Positions 35,981 through 49,907 of a DNA stretch of 64,000 nucleotides are shown here, piece by piece. The stretch covers positions 55,428,001-55,492,000 of the forward strand of contig CM060734.1 in NCBI GenBank assembly GCA_030704615.1, written 5' to 3'. Position 1 is the stretch's first letter. Each line of letters starts with the position of its first letter. Position numbers and translations under genes: made by a program. The stretch comes from Takakia lepidozioides (Eukaryota; Plantae; Bryophyta). Under the pieces are notes generated by a model, which did no database searches, was not told the origin of the DNA, and saw nothing but the letters and a program-made list of their open reading frames with translations.

Positions 35981-37519
35981 TCGGGCCAGTGACTTCCCTT
36001 ATACCAACAGCTATATCAAGTACCACATCATGGGCACTTATGTCTCAGCTTGCACTGAGGCAAAACTCATTGAACGGATATTGTACATAACAAGATATAA
36101 ATATACTACTCGTGCATAGTGATATTAAAAAACATTAAAAGCATATTAAAATATATTTAAAATAGAAGAATGCAATACAATTTGTCCTTATGTGTATATA
36201 TATATATACAGAACATGGACAGTGGCCCTGATAAACTTTATTAATAATTATTTTGAGGAAAAAAATTGCACCATGAGGCACACACACCGTAATCAGTGTT
36301 CTAAGAACCAAGCTTCCTCGATAAGAGGACCTTCCCTACAAAACGATACTAGAAACAAAGTCTCGAGAACTAAGACCCTTCAAGGCATGTATTGCAACTA
36401 GGCCAGGCAATTAAGAACATATTCCTAAATGTAGAACTGCTAAAAGGCCTGAGAGATCAAGCCATTGACCTTCCTATTAGCAATAATACTCTATATGTAA
36501 TTAAGCCTCGAGGCTTTCGCAGAAGGTTTGAGATCCAGTTAAGTTCTCTCTCAAACTTTGGGAGAGAGTAGAGGAGGGCACGGTGATCTCGCCACGAGGG
36601 TGGAGGGAGTTCGGACCAGGTACAGAAGTCATGAGTGGGGCTGTTGCAAATGAGTCCTTGGTGGCCCCAGGTGATTTGGAAGGCTGCATGAATCGCTGCT
36701 ACATTCCTGGTATACCATTTGATGTCTGCACATGTTGTAGCCCACGCCTTTACGGGACTCAGTCTGTAGATCATGGAAGATATTGGAGAGAAGAAATGAC
36801 ATGGTGGGAGTTTGACTAGAGAAGGTTCCTCTAAGGATTTCAAAGACAAGACAGTTAAGAGCTCTACTCTTGGTTGTTGGATTATAGTTTAGCAACAAGT
36901 CAGTAGCAAAAATGATTCTTGGGTTCCAGATAGAAGGCCTTCACCAGTGGCTAGACCTTGGCTGGAGCATGACAAGAGAGAAGGCAGTGCTCTATTTGAC
37001 TCCATTATACATGTGGAGCAGCAAGCGCAAATGAGTACAGCCTTCATGAAACTGTAACCACCACTAGAAGCATTCGTGTCTTTTCCGAATCGACTGGGTG
37101 TCCACCAACCACTTCGGGAACCACTTGGCAGTAAGCGGGACTGCTGGAGAGTCGAAACGGACAATGTGGGCCCACAGGGGCATTTCAGAGGGCGGCAGAA
37201 GTGGGGTCAACGACTCCGAAGTCGTAGCAAAAATCCGGGCTATTTAATTAATTACGGAAATACATAAAATTTGAAAAAATGGAAATTACAAGTGGTTCTA
37301 ATTACTGCACATGTGACTAGAAATTTTCATTCATAATTTGATTAATGGAATAAAGATATTTATACATTAAAGTGAATATGTAGTCAACTCAACGACTCCA
37401 TGAACCACTGCGCATTGATTGCACCCGTGATTCGGGGCCACATTTGCTGACGTGTGTTTCACAAGAATAGGTAAAGAGAATGTGGCCTTGGGGGAATAGA
37501 TATTTTAATATGTACTGCC

Positions 37520-40470
37520 TCCACTTGGACACAAAGTATTCATTCCACACCTTCTCCTCATCTCTGTTATCTGTTTTGGATACTTTCCTGCTGCCACATC
37601 GGCAGTTACTTGTCATAGTCATTTCAAACCACCACAGATCCTCCCAACGAGCTAACTTACAGAATTCAATATGCATCTCAGGGCCGAGTTTGATGAGAGG
37701 GCAAAACAAGCTGAAATAGGTCGAAGAAGAAGGTGCCCTCACCACATTGTCCTTGACAATTCAATATGTAAATTCAGGGCCGAGTCTGATGAGAAGGAAA
37801 AACAGGCTGAAATAGGTCGAAGAAGAAGGTGCCCTCACTACATTCTCCAAGGCCTCCATACCATGCCCCTGCTGTGCACACCCTGCAAGCATCGTGTTCC
37901 ACGTGATGAAAGATCGTTGAGGCATTCTGTTGAACACTTGGTGAGCATCCATGATGCTCCTGCACATAACATACATGTTGATAAGGGTGTTGACTAGAAA
38001 AATATTTGGCGTGCACTTTGGATAATGTGAGTGTGCACCTGCTTTCTAGCTTCACTTGGCCTTTCATCTTGATGCACTTATGCAAGAGACAGACATACAT
38101 ATCTGAATCTGCTGAAATGCCTCATTGGTTTAAAGTAAGTAGAGCCTCTTTCAGTCTGCCTGCCTCACAAAGCATCTTCACATGCCCATAAGTGCCAGAA
38201 GAGGCATTGTGGACTCCCTCTCTTGATCCTCTTCCATAAGTTGTGGTCATGGTTGAGGTGCCTGACTTTATCAACTGTGCAGCTGCCTTTGGCGATGCAA
38301 CCATGCACCTCTTTGCATCTGGTAATCTGACAGGCATTCACTTTGGTACAATTCTAGCTTTGAAGATGTTGCCAAGTGGACCTCTTTCCCCTTTTCCAAA
38401 GCTGCCAGGACAGTGTTCAGATTGACATTTGGTACAATTCCAGCTTTGATGATATCCCCATGCACCTCTTTGCCTTCTGCAGGCCAGCTGCTAGGCTTGC
38501 ACAAGCATTGCAAATACACACAAACATGATGTGCTTCCATTGCTCATAGGTCTCCAAAGCCTCCATTCCACATCCCTGCTGTGCATACCCTGCAAGCACA
38601 TCATATCGCACTCCACGACACCACATCTCACCAGGGTATTGTTCAGAATGTCATCTGGTACAATTCCAACTCTGAAGATGTCGCCATGCACATCTTTCCC
38701 CATTTCCAAAGCTGCCAGGGCAGTGTTCAGATTGACATTTGGCACAATTCCAGCTTTGATGATATCCCCATGCACCTCTTGCCCTTCTCCAGGGCTGCCA
38801 GGCTTGCACAAGCATTGCAAATACACACAAACATGATGTGCTTCCCCCATCATTTGCTCATAGGTCTCCAAAGCCTCCATCCCACGTCCCTACCGTGCAT
38901 ACCCTGCAAGCATCGCACTCCACGACACCACATCTCGTTCAGCCATAGTGTCGAACACTCCCTTTGCATCCTAGATGCACCCACATTTTGCAAACATGTT
39001 CACCAGGGTTTTGTTCAGAATGACATCTGGTACAATTCCAACTCTGAAGATGTCGCCATGGACATCTTTCCCCATTTCCAAAGCTGCCAGGGCAGTGTTC
39101 AGATTGACATTTGGCACAATTCCAGCTTTGATGATATCCCCATGCACCTCTTGCCCTTCTCCAGGGCTGCCAGGCTTGCACAAGCATTGCAAATGCACAC
39201 AAACATGATGTGCTTCCCCCATCATTTGCTCATAGGTCTCCAAAGCCTCCATCCCATGTCCATGTTGTGCATACCCTGCAAGCATCGCACTCCACGACAC
39301 CACATCTCGTTCAGCCATAGTGTCGAACACTCCCTTTGCATCCTAGATGCACCCACATTTTGCAAACATGTTTACCAGGGTATTGTTCAGAATTACATTT
39401 GGTACAATTCCAGCTCTGAAGATGTCGCCATGGACCTCTTTCCCCTTTTCCAGAGCTTCCACGGCAGTGTTTAGAATGACATTTGGTACAATTCCAGCTT
39501 TGATGATATCCCCATGCACCTCTTTGCCCTTGTCTAGGGCTGCCAGGCTTGCACAAGCATTGCAAATGCACACAAAGTGGCCGGGCTTCAGCCCCTCCCC
39601 CATCATTGGATCATAGGTCTCCAAAGCCTCCATCCCACATCCCTGTTGTGCATACCCTGCAAGCATCGCACTCCACAACACCACATCTTGTTTAGCCATA
39701 GTGTCGAAAACTCCCTTTGCATCCTCAATGCATCCACATTTAGCATACATGTCCAGGTCAGGGCATTGTTCAGAATGACATCCGGTGCAATTCCAGCTTT
39801 GACCGATGTCACCATGGACCTCGTTCCTTTTTTCCAGGCTTGCACACGCATTGCAAACACATACAAACACGATGTGGTTGGGCTTCACCCCTTCGCGCAT
39901 CATTTGCTCGCAGGTCTCCAAAGCATTCGTACCACGCCCATGCTTGGTAATCCTGCCAACATTATATTCCACGTGATTAAAGATTGTTGAGGCATTATGT
40001 GTTGAACACTTGGTGATCATCCATGATGCTCCCCTTAACATACATGTTGACAAGATTGTTGAGTAGAAAAACGTTCGGCGTGAATCCACTTTGGACAATG
40101 TGAGTGTGCACCTGCTTTCCAACTTCTAGGCCTTTCATCTTGATGCACTTATGCAAGAGACACACATACGTATCTACATCTGCTGAAATGCCTCTTTTAA
40201 AATCTGTAGAACCTCTTTCAGTCTGCTTGCCTCATAAAGCATCTTCACATGCCCATAAGTGCCAAAAGAGGCATTGTGGACTCCCTCTCTTGATCCTCTT
40301 CCAGAAGCTGTGGTCATGGGTGAGGTGCCTGATTTTATCAAGTGTGCCGCTACAGCTGCCGCTTCCAGCTGACCATGTACCCATGGAGGTTTCTTGTAGC
40401 TATCCTTCTACAGGGATCCATAGGTAATCTGGAGATTGAAATCCGACCCTCTTGGATGAATATGGACCCA
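37520..40470 (-). pseudogene. PDF-motif plus PLS-PPR gene fragments with tandem ~372-bp PPR units
   Basis: IHPRGSDFNLQITYGSL*KDSYKKPPWV (about 40376-40462), then GHVKMLYEASRLKE and PPR units (ORFs 39343-40122, 38971-39330, 38491-38880); further fragments at 37520-38337. Confidence 0.85.
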
Positions 40471-40682
40471 CACTCTATCCTGCTCCTTCAGCTATCACTG
40501 CCTCTGCACAAATCATGCATACATCCTTGCCTTGTTGCCAATGCGATCATCGCACTCCACGACACCACATCTCGTTGAGCCACAGTCGAACACTACCTTC
40601 GCATCTTCAATGCTCCCGCATTCAGCATACATGTCCACCAGGGCGGTGTTCAGAACGACAAACCCTACAAGCTGGACCATGG

Positions 40683-41789
40683 ACCTTCCAGTGAATGGGG
40701 GAACAACCGAGGCAAAAAGGTGAATGCCTATTAGATGACAGAGAGTAGCAGACGCAATTCAACATAGGAACTAGTGCGATTGGGTGTTTCTTAGGTTGTC
40801 ATTGTCAGTTGCTAGCAGCAAGGGCAAAGATGAATGCATGATTTGTGCAGAGGCATGGATAGCTGAAGGAGAAAGGATAGAGTGTGGGTCCAAGAGGGCC
40901 GGACTTCAAGCTCCAGATTACCTGTGATTCCATGTGGATCAATAGCTACAAGAAACCTAAATGGGTAGATGGTCAACTAAAGGCAATAGCTGCAGCGGCA
41001 CAGTTGATAAAATCAGGCACGTCCTCAACCATGACTGCAGCCTCTGAAAGAGGATCAAGAGAGGGAGTCTACAATGCCTTTTCCGCGGGGCATGTGAAGA
41101 TGCTTTGTGAGGCAGGCAGACTGACAAAGGCTCTAGGTCTGGAAGCTGGAATCAGGTGCACACTCACATTATCCAAAGTGGATTCATGCCAAATGTTTTC
41201 TCTACTCAACACCCTTGTCAACATGTATGTTAAGTGTGGGAGCATCATGGATGCTCGCCAAGATTTCTACAGAATGCCTCAACAATCTTTGATCATGTGG
41301 AATATAATGTTGGCAGGATTTACCAAACATGGGTGTGGTAGGAATGCTTTGGCGACCTATGAGCAAATGTTGCGCAAAGGGGTGAAGCCCAACCACATCA
41401 CGCTTCCGCATGTTTACAATGCGTGTGCAAGCCTAGGACCTCTGGAAAAGGGGAAAGAGGTCCATGGTGACATCGTCAAAGCTGGAATTGTACCAGATGT
41501 CATCCTAAATACTCCCCTGGTGGACGTCTATGCCAAATGTGGGTGCATTAAGGATGCGAAGGGAGTTTTCAACACTATGGCTGAACCAAATGTGGTGTCA
41601 TGGAACGCGATGCTTGCAGGGTATACACAGCAGGGACATGGTATGGAGGCTTTGGAGACCTATGATCAAATGATGGGGGAAGGGGGGGCACCTTCTTCAA
41701 TTGCACAACGGCTACAAGTGGGTAGATGGTCAACTGGAAACAACAATGGCAGCAACACAATTGATAGAACAAGGCCACTGCTAATGTAG
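40683..41789 (+). pseudogene. OSB-type PDF motif fused to PLS-class PPR repeats (most complete fragment)
   Basis: PSEWGNNRGKK|intron|(IH)PRGPDFKLQITCDSMWINSYKKPKWV, then HVKMLCEAGRL and several PPR motifs (NTLVNMYVKCGSIMDAR..., LVDVYAKCGCIKDAKGVF...) in one 301-aa ORF. Confidence 0.82.
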
Positions 41790-41799
41790 GTACCTTCTT

Positions 41800-43622
41800 C
41801 AACATATTTCACCCTGTTTTCCCTTGCTATCAGAGTCGTCCCTAAATTTTCATGTTGAATTCTACAAGTTAGCTCGTTGGTGGATCTATGGTGGTGTTGG
41901 AGTGATTTTGACATGTTACTGCCAATGTGGTCGACAGGAAAGTATCGAAAAACAGATAATAGAGATGTGGAGAAGCTCTGGAATGAATACGGTTCCGACC
42001 CCAGTCAATGGTGGAACAATCCAGGCAAAAAGGTGAATGCCTGTTGGAAGCAGACGCAAGTCAGCATAGGAACTACTGTGATAAGTAGGGTTGAGGTGTT
42101 TGCTGGAACAATTCTAGAGTGTTATTGTCAGCTGCTAGCATCAAGGCAAGGATGTATGCATGATTTGTGCAGAGGCATGGATAGCTGAAGGAGCAGGGAG
42201 CAGTGTGGGTCCAGATTCATCCAAGAGGGCCGGATTTCAAGCTCCAGATTGCCTACAATTCCCTGTGGAAGCAACACACACCTCGCACACACAAGAGGTC
42301 CTCTTGGGTGCATGGTCAGTGAAATCCTCCATGGGTCATGACACAAGGTCGAGGACAATGTGGTGAGGGCACCTTCTTCTTCGACCTATTTCAGCCTATT
42401 TTTCCCTTTTATCAGACCCAGCCCTGAATTTACATATTGAATGCTGTAAGTTAGCTCGTTGGGTGGATGTGGGGTGGTTTGGAGTGACTTTGACAAGTTA
42501 CTGCTGATGTGGCAGCAGAAAAGTACCCAAAAATAGATAACAAGACGAAGAGAAGCTTTGGGATGAACACTTTCCGACCCCAGTCAGTGGGGGGACAATG
42601 GAGACTAAAAGGTGAGTGCTTGTTCGACTACAGAGAGAAGCAGTTGCAATTCAGAATTGGAACTACTGTTAAGTCCTAGGTTGGGGTGTTTTCTGGAAGA
42701 ACTTCACGCCGTCACTGTCAGCTGCTAGCAGCAAGGCTGAGGGATATATTCATGATCTGTACACGGGCATGGATAGCTGAGGGACTAGGGATAGAGGTCC
42801 AGATTCATGTTCAGATTCAGGCTGAGGGATCAATAGTTAAAAGAAATCAGCTGGAGTAGATGGTCAATTGTTGCAAGTGGAAACAGTAGCGGCAGCACAA
42901 TTGATAGAATGAGGTGCTGCTAATGAAGGCACCTTCCTCAACACATTTCAGCCTGTTTTTCCAAATAGGGTTGGGGCGTAAGAACAAATCTAGCTAGGTG
43001 TCATCATCAACTGCTAGCAGCAAGACAATGATATATGCATGATTTGTGCAGAGGCATAGATAGTTGAAGGAGCAGGGATAGAGTGTGGGTGCAGATTCAC
43101 CCAAGAGGGCAGGAATCTTATTCAACACATTTCACCTTGTTTTTCCCTCTAATCAGAATCGGCCCTAAATTTCCATGTTGAATTCTGCAAGTTAGCTGGT
43201 TGAATGAATCTAGTTTGGAGTGACTTTGACATGATATTGCCAATGTGACAACATGAAAGTATCAAAAAACAAGTAACAGAGATGAGGAGAAGTTGTGGAA
43301 TGAATACTATTCTACCCTAGTCAATGATGGGACAACCAAGGCAAAAAAATGAATGCCTGTTACATTTCATAGACTAACAGACGCATTCAGCATAGGAACT
43401 AGTGTGAGAAGCTGAGTTGGATGTTTCCTAGAATAAATCTAGGCTGTCATTGTCAGCTACTAGCAGCAAGGCAAGGATGAATGCATGATTTGTGAAGAAG
43501 CATGTGTAGTTGAAGGAGCAAAGAGAGTGTGGGTCCAGATTCATCCAAGAGGGCCAGATTTCAAGCACAAGATTACCTATGATTCCCTGTGGATCAATAG
43601 CTACAAGAAACCTACATGGGTA
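41800..43622 (+). pseudogene. Three further degenerate OSB-PDF motif exon pairs in tandem
   Basis: EKLWNEYGSDPSQWWNNPGKK|GT intron 42033-42214 AG|IHPRGPDFKLQIAYNSLW; EKLWDEHFSDPSQWGDN (about 42545); IHPRGPDFKHKITYDSLWINSYKKPTWV (43539-43622). Confidence 0.8.
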
Positions 43623-45849
43623 AATGATCTATTCCGTGGGACTCAATTTGTCACTGAGCCTTGCATTATGAGGATCACAATTGTTTGGCAGCTTACCTAC
43701 ATGAGGCCTTGACCCTTAGGCAATCCCCAGAGCAGTAGTAGCTTTGGGCTGCTTTTTTACTTTGGTTTTTTCATTTTGTATCATAAGCTCTTTGAGCTTT
43801 CCGCAGATGTAATGAAGTACCATTTGTTTCATTTCATTTCATTTTCATTTTGTTTTGTTTCATGGCATGTCTTTCATTGTTTTCGCATTTCTAATGACAT
43901 GATTAATTCTCTTGTATGGCATTACATGCGTATGTACAAGTCGGCTCATTACAAACACCAAAACTTCAAAGCATGAACCACTATGAGTGATTGTTCAAGT
44001 AATTTCGAGCACTTCATTTGAAGTAGTAAAGCAGTGGTTGCATTGACTTCTGCAGTCGCAATTGCCACTAGGCATGTAGCACTGCAAGTTATGTGGTCAA
44101 CTACCACGTGGCAGCAGTGCTACTCGCCGTGGCGCCGCCACGTCGGCGTCCACATCGTCGTCCACATCCGCGTCCACGCCTGCGTCCATGTGTCACCATG
44201 CTCCGGTGAATCAGTCCACTCATCCAGAGGGAAAAGTCAAAGTCAGCCCAAAAGGTCAGACGCACGGGCGGCCCGCCTGGTTACGCCACGTGGTTCTTCA
44301 GCATTAATCGCAATAATCGTTGAGTAGTTGTTTGCGCGTCTGCGTCTTTTACCACTCCAATCATTGGATGTCCGACCCAACTTCCACGTCTGTTGTAACT
44401 AGTCGTTTGTAACTTCCAGTCGATCCCGGTTTTTTTACTTTTACGACTCAAAATGAGTCGTTACCCCAGTGGTAAATGACACGAATGCTTCTAGTGCACT
44501 CTCCAACCTTAAGAACCCAAAGGAATGCTGCAATCTTAGCAGGTCGTGTTTTAATCCAAACAGATCCCCATATTACAAACCAGTTCTCATCTCTGAATCC
44601 ATGAAGCCCCGAGTCTGTTTTCCCATTTAGATCTCATAGGTTGAGTTTTAGATGGTGCTTTGTAGCCTTTCTTAGGGGTGTAGGCTAAAAAGAGGTCTGG
44701 TAAGAAGGAGGAGAAACTCCATGACCATTCCTGGGGATCAAAATTCCTTCTCAGCAAGGGGTCTACCCAAGATCCAAACAAACAGGTCTGAATTGAGCCA
44801 TTTTTGTAGAGGTGTAGTCATGGGTGGTTTGGGGTCCACAGTTTTGGAAGGGTCAGTCCAACAACACACTCTCACTGGGATGAGAGGGGTAGGTTGAATG
44901 AGAATAGGATGGGGAGAGATGAGTGTAAGCGCCAGCGAAGTGGTGTCAATGCTGAAAGAATAGACAGAGTGTTGAAGAGTGGTGGTCTCTTTTACAAACA
45001 GAAGAAAGAGTTGACCTTGGATGATGGTTAAAGCCCAATAGTTGGAAAAAAACATGGAGGGACCAGAGCGTAGGGTAGCTAATCATTGGGGAGGAATGCT
45101 TTGTATGAGATCTTGATAGCCTCGAGAGGCTCTGCCCTTTCCAACAATGTCTGAGATTGACTCCAAAATCCTGAGGCTATTGTTCACCCATAAATTGTTC
45201 ATCTGGCTGATACGCAGTCTATCCCATGTTAACCATCGTTTATCCTGATTTCTCTGAGAGGGGGTTGGGGTATTGGTGGTAAAAAAAAGGTTTTGTCTCA
45301 AAGTTTCGAAATAGTTGCAGGGCTGTGATTTCGTAAGAAATGGACGAAGCTTCTCCCATGCCAACCATATATTGGACCACAAGGTAGACCCAGCAGATTT
45401 GAGATTGATGCCGTGGGCAATCCAACAAAGAGATGGCTACCAAGTGGTAACTTTGAGGGGGCATGAAGCAGTTATATGATCAAAGACCAAGAACTTTCAC
45501 CACTCCCCCTTTGGTCCCAGGAATCGAGGGATCCACTTCCCGAAGAGTTGTAATTTGAGTTTTTGGAACCAGAATTCCAAGATCCCCGGCTTTCTTCTTG
45601 GGTAGGCAGATCTGTTGTCATGCCACCTGAGGCCTTTTGTTTTGAGAGGAATTCTCTACTCCCCAGATAAAGTTCATGATTAAACGTTTAACTTTTTGGA
45701 TTTGATTGGAGTTCATGTCTCCACGAGGAAGCATAATACTACATACCGGCAGAAAGAATCGATTGTTGTCAATGCTCGTCTTATCCAATGGAAAGGTCTT
45801 TGGATCCCCATGAATGAGCAAGTTTTTTTTACAATTTAGCAAGAGTCAG

Positions 45850-46377
45850 TGTCACGAACATAGCCCAGAGGAACTTACCAGGAGTAAATACAAAAAATTA
45901 TCAAGTTACCAAATTATCGAAAGTTATCATGATTTATCGTGACTTATCATAAGTTACCATAAGTTACCAAGTTATCGGGAGTTTACCAAATTACTGAGAG
46001 TAACTTGGGAAACTGCTAAGGAAGTTTCATTTTGAAGAAACCTCCATTGAGGAAGCTTCTTACTAGCTAATATATAGATAAGTTGAGACTGGACACTCCT
46101 TAGTCTCGTCAACACAAGTTCAAGCTACTCTTGTTTCCAGTCCAGACTCTAGTACTCTAGTCCAGTTTCTAGTATCTGGTACTCCAGTCCAGTTTCTAGC
46201 ATTCCAGTATTCAAGTCGAGTTCCAATATCTTGTACCCTTGGCCATTGTTATAAAGATCATCTTGATTCTTCTTTACCCATCATGCATTCGGCTACGCCG
46301 ACCTTGACTTCGTGTCTAGTCTTATACCTCTAAGTCTGATCTCTTGTTTGTGTTCAGTCATGCCCTCGTCCTTGACA
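45850..46377 (+). mobile_element. Solo LTR of family B inserted in LINE-B
   Basis: TGTCACG...CTTGACA; 5-bp TSD GTCAG (45845-45849 and 46378-46382); homologous to 58935-59548. Confidence 0.94.
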
Positions 46378-48340
46378 GTCAGGGCGAATTTTTGCTGGTT
46401 TGTTAGGTTGATTTGAAATATATAGCCTAGTAATGTAATGATTTGTCCTGGTTGCAACCAGTTCATACCTTGGTTCACCCCCCAGGTGGGGGACATCCCT
46501 AATGTGGAGGCTGAGAGGTCTCCCACCAACAATCTTGCTCGGTCTTGTTCAAGTTGACTTTAAACCTTGATGTTGAACAAAAGGTATTCAGCGGCCAGCC
46601 TTATTCAGATCGTCGATTGTAGCTTGCAACATAAGAAAGGTGTCATCGACGAACATTGAATCTATAATATGTGTGCACTATTTAGTTATGTAATTTATAA
46701 TGCAAAGGGCTAAGACAAGATGGTTTTGTTGCAACATGTAGCCAAGGAAATCAACTATAAGAAAGAGGAAGGGGGCCAGAGCGGACTGATCGTTGGAGAG
46801 GGAAGGATTTAGAGAGGTGACCGTTAATAATAACTCTACTTGATGAAGTGGTTCTAAAAAGATTTTGACCCATTGACAGAAACCTTGTGGAAATCCAATC
46901 TTGGCCAGTGCCCCAAGGAAATAAGACCATTCCACCCTATCAAACGCTTTTTCAAAGTCTAGTAACAACAGAGATATTGCTTGGTTTGTCTTTTGGGCAT
47001 AATTTGGGATTTCCTGAGCAAGGAGGAGGTTGTCAAGAATATACCTCCCCTTAATGAACCCCGTCTGATTGGGATGAATGAGAGAAGGCTGTAGAGGTTG
47101 AAGTATGAGGGCAAGGGCTTTGGCTATTATTTTGTAGGCAACATTTAAAAGGGTTATGGGACGGTAGTTTGAAACTTGTTTATGTCTCCCTTTTTGTAAA
47201 GCAGTGTGATAACTCCTTGAGACGTAGATGGAGGCATGAATCCTTGCTGAAACAGATGGTTTGCCATAGAGGTGAAGTCCAAAGATATATCTGGCCATAA
47301 GGCTTTGTAGAATTCCACAATGATTCCATCCATAGCATGTGATTTATTATTTTGAAGTTTGGAAAGAGCGTCATCTAATTCCATATCAGTGAATTCTCCC
47401 TCCTCACATAGGTCCACATAGGTATGTATATTCGTCACATAGGGGAGATTCCAATCTGGATTGACAAACTCTCAGCCATTTAGTGAGAGCTGCCACCTTC
47501 CTCTTCCTAATTGCAGCCAGGTTTTGACTCAATTTCTGGCTTACAACATTGACTATAAATCTGTCAGTTGGATTTAGAGAAGCGTCCCGGCGCTGCCCTG
47601 GTCCAGGCTTGTATAAGCCCTTGTTTGTATGCGGGCAGTTTTAATAGAGGCTATTTAGTTTGTAGAGGCCTCTTCCACGCCGTTGAGTATCTAGGATGGT
47701 AACAGATAATGTGATAGAGGCATGGTCAAAATCCAGAGGGATTGGCTCTTGGGGCAATCGATGACCATTGCAAAAAATGAGGGACACGTATGCTCTGTCC
47801 AAGCGAGCCATACAGAGATCGGAAAGGGATCTATTATTGGTCCAAGTGAATGTGATCCAAATGTTTGCCCAAAAATTGGCACTGACTCGGTGAGACTACG
47901 ATTCCACCATGTTAAAATCACATGTTACTATCCAACTATCTATCGTTGATTGTTCCCGCATCTTCACATTGAGGATAGACCAGAAATCAAATCTTTCTGC
48001 CACTGTATTTGGAGCGTAGACATTGACCAGTCCTATGGTACCCATATTGTTGGGTAGGGCAAGGGAGCAGAACTGCAGTTTGCCAGATAGCCATGTGGAT
48101 TCTGAGATCAGGGGGTGAAGGGAGGGGACTGAAGGATTGCTGTACCGGCCCCCCTAGTGCCTGGGGTGATGGGCTTCCATATAAAAGCTGAAGCTAACTT
48201 GGGCCACAAATGGTCTCTGAGATTGTCTCTTTTATGCTGGTCTAGTTTGTGCTCCTGAGGGAAGATGATAGAGTCACTACGAAGAAAGGTGTCAAGCCAA
48301 GTTTTGATTTTCACTCGTTTGAGGAATGCTGGGTCTGCTC

Positions 48341-48728
48341 CAGTGTTGTAGTGGTATCAGGTTTAGGACATACCAGTTGGGTATCTATAATGGTGGAAAT
48401 GTTTTTTTTAATATACTGGCATTAATATGAGTATTATGACCACAAATACCATGTGGTATACAGTATCAATAGGGTATCATTCCAAGTAAATAAACAAAAC
48501 AATAAAAATATATTATTATTATTATTATTAAATAAATATAAATACGAATAGCATATATATAATAATTTAATATAGTATTGATACCAATATAAATGAGGAA
48601 GATGGCTGCGTAGTACTGGTATCAGTACTGGTATTTAAAAATCAATAACAGTCGTGTAGGTTCTGCAATACCAGATTTATACCCAATATTGCTACCCAGG
48701 TGAAACCCTCTATACCAGTACAACACTG
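48341..48728. mobile_element. hAT-type MITE (388 bp) in the LINE-B endonuclease region
   Basis: TIR CAGTGTTGTAGTGGTAT / ATACCAGTACAACACTG; 8-bp TSD GTCTGCTC (48333-48340 and 48729-48736); AT-rich core with ggtat/atacc repeats. Confidence 0.92.
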
Positions 48729-49907
48729 GTCTGCTCCAAGCCCTCTAATGTTCCATGAAGGTTAGTGATCGTTAGAGGGTTGGGGAAGGCTTAGACTGAT
48801 CGTCTCATTTGATGGCCTGTTGGAATGACAGGAGAATTTGACCCTACCGTCATGAGGGCGCAACGATCTAACCCAGATAATGTTATGGGGAGGTTTGTAG
48901 CTTTCTTCCAAATCTGGATGAAGACCACCCAAAGGATGTGCTGTATTGACCGAGATGGTAGGTGTTTGAAACTGATTTTCAAAGACCGAGGAAATGGTTA
49001 AAGATTCACATTGACTCCTTTTGGAAAGAAATCGACTTTGACTAGAGATTCGAAAACAGGATATTGTGTACTGAGGGAAGAGATCCAGAAGGAACGACTT
49101 CTGGTAAGTCAAAGGCTCGCAGCATTTGCCTTGTTTGCCTCCTCTAGTTGTTTTTTAAGTTTTGTATTATTTCTCTTTTTTTTTCCAAGTTCTTTCATAA
49201 AAAAAGAAAAAAGAAAACCTGGGAGCAACAGCCCAAATTCAGGCCCCTGAGGAAGGGGGGGAAAAGTTAACCGCCTTTCATTGATGGGCCATGAGACCTC
49301 CAGGACGAACAAAAGCCAAAGAGACCGCCGAGAACAATCCACACACGAACATTGTAATGCGGTTCTTACAACCGGACCACCAAGGTGACACACTCTGTAC
49401 TGGCTATCTGGGCTACCAGCCTATGTACTTCTTACTTTATTTTCAATAATTATGTCATATTCATTTTTTTAAACCCTTGAGAGCTTTATTATGATTATTG
49501 AAGGGAAAAAAATCAAAACCCTTGAGGCCCGAAGGAGGCACAGACTCACGAAGACCGTGAAGGATAATCCAAGGATGTTAATACATATATATATAACCAA
49601 AACAATAGTCGCTTACCACATACACTCATAAGATAGTCACTGTGCGTGGCAATAGCGGTATATCTTCTATAATTAAGTTGCCATGGACTGAGCCATATAC
49701 TTGTGACACTGTGTATTGAAGAGCAGGTCCCGTGGCATAGCCCATACTGTCCATGGCTGGCAGCCCCGGCACTATCCCCTCAGTGTCTGGCAAGGCCCAT
49801 CCATGTCTCTAAGGCCTTCAGCAGATGGGGTTGAACAAGTCACGTGGTTTACTTTTCCAACTTGATTTTCAGATCCAGGGCATGAGAGAGACGGTGTCAA
49901 CAATCAA

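Larger units (their letters stand above)
37062..44496. mobile_element. Pack-CACTA element (7435 bp) carrying PPR and OSB-PDF gene fragments, with no transposase
   Basis: Perfect 19-bp TIR CACTAGAAGCATTCGTGTC at both ends; 3-bp TSD CAC (37059-37061 and 44497-44499). The flanks rejoin into LINE-B coding sequence (RPAKIAAFLW-VLKVGEW-LQF). Confidence 0.93.
36210..49200 (-). mobile_element. Second L1-type LINE (LINE-B), decayed; hosts the Pack-CACTA, a solo LTR and a hAT MITE
   Basis: Endonuclease SWNIRGLGAD...QEHKL (48100-48760); RT NYRPITLLN...LDFEKAFDRVEW (46678-47438); FDPQEWSW (44587-44781); zf-RVT ICACC..ES-IEHCLLSC at about 36960-37035, left of the CACTA insertion. Both outer boundaries are approximate. 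Confidence 0.88.

Noticed and set aside
38581-39474. 297-aa His-rich ORF on the + strand
   Set aside because: Antisense shadow of the tandem PPR units on the minus strand.
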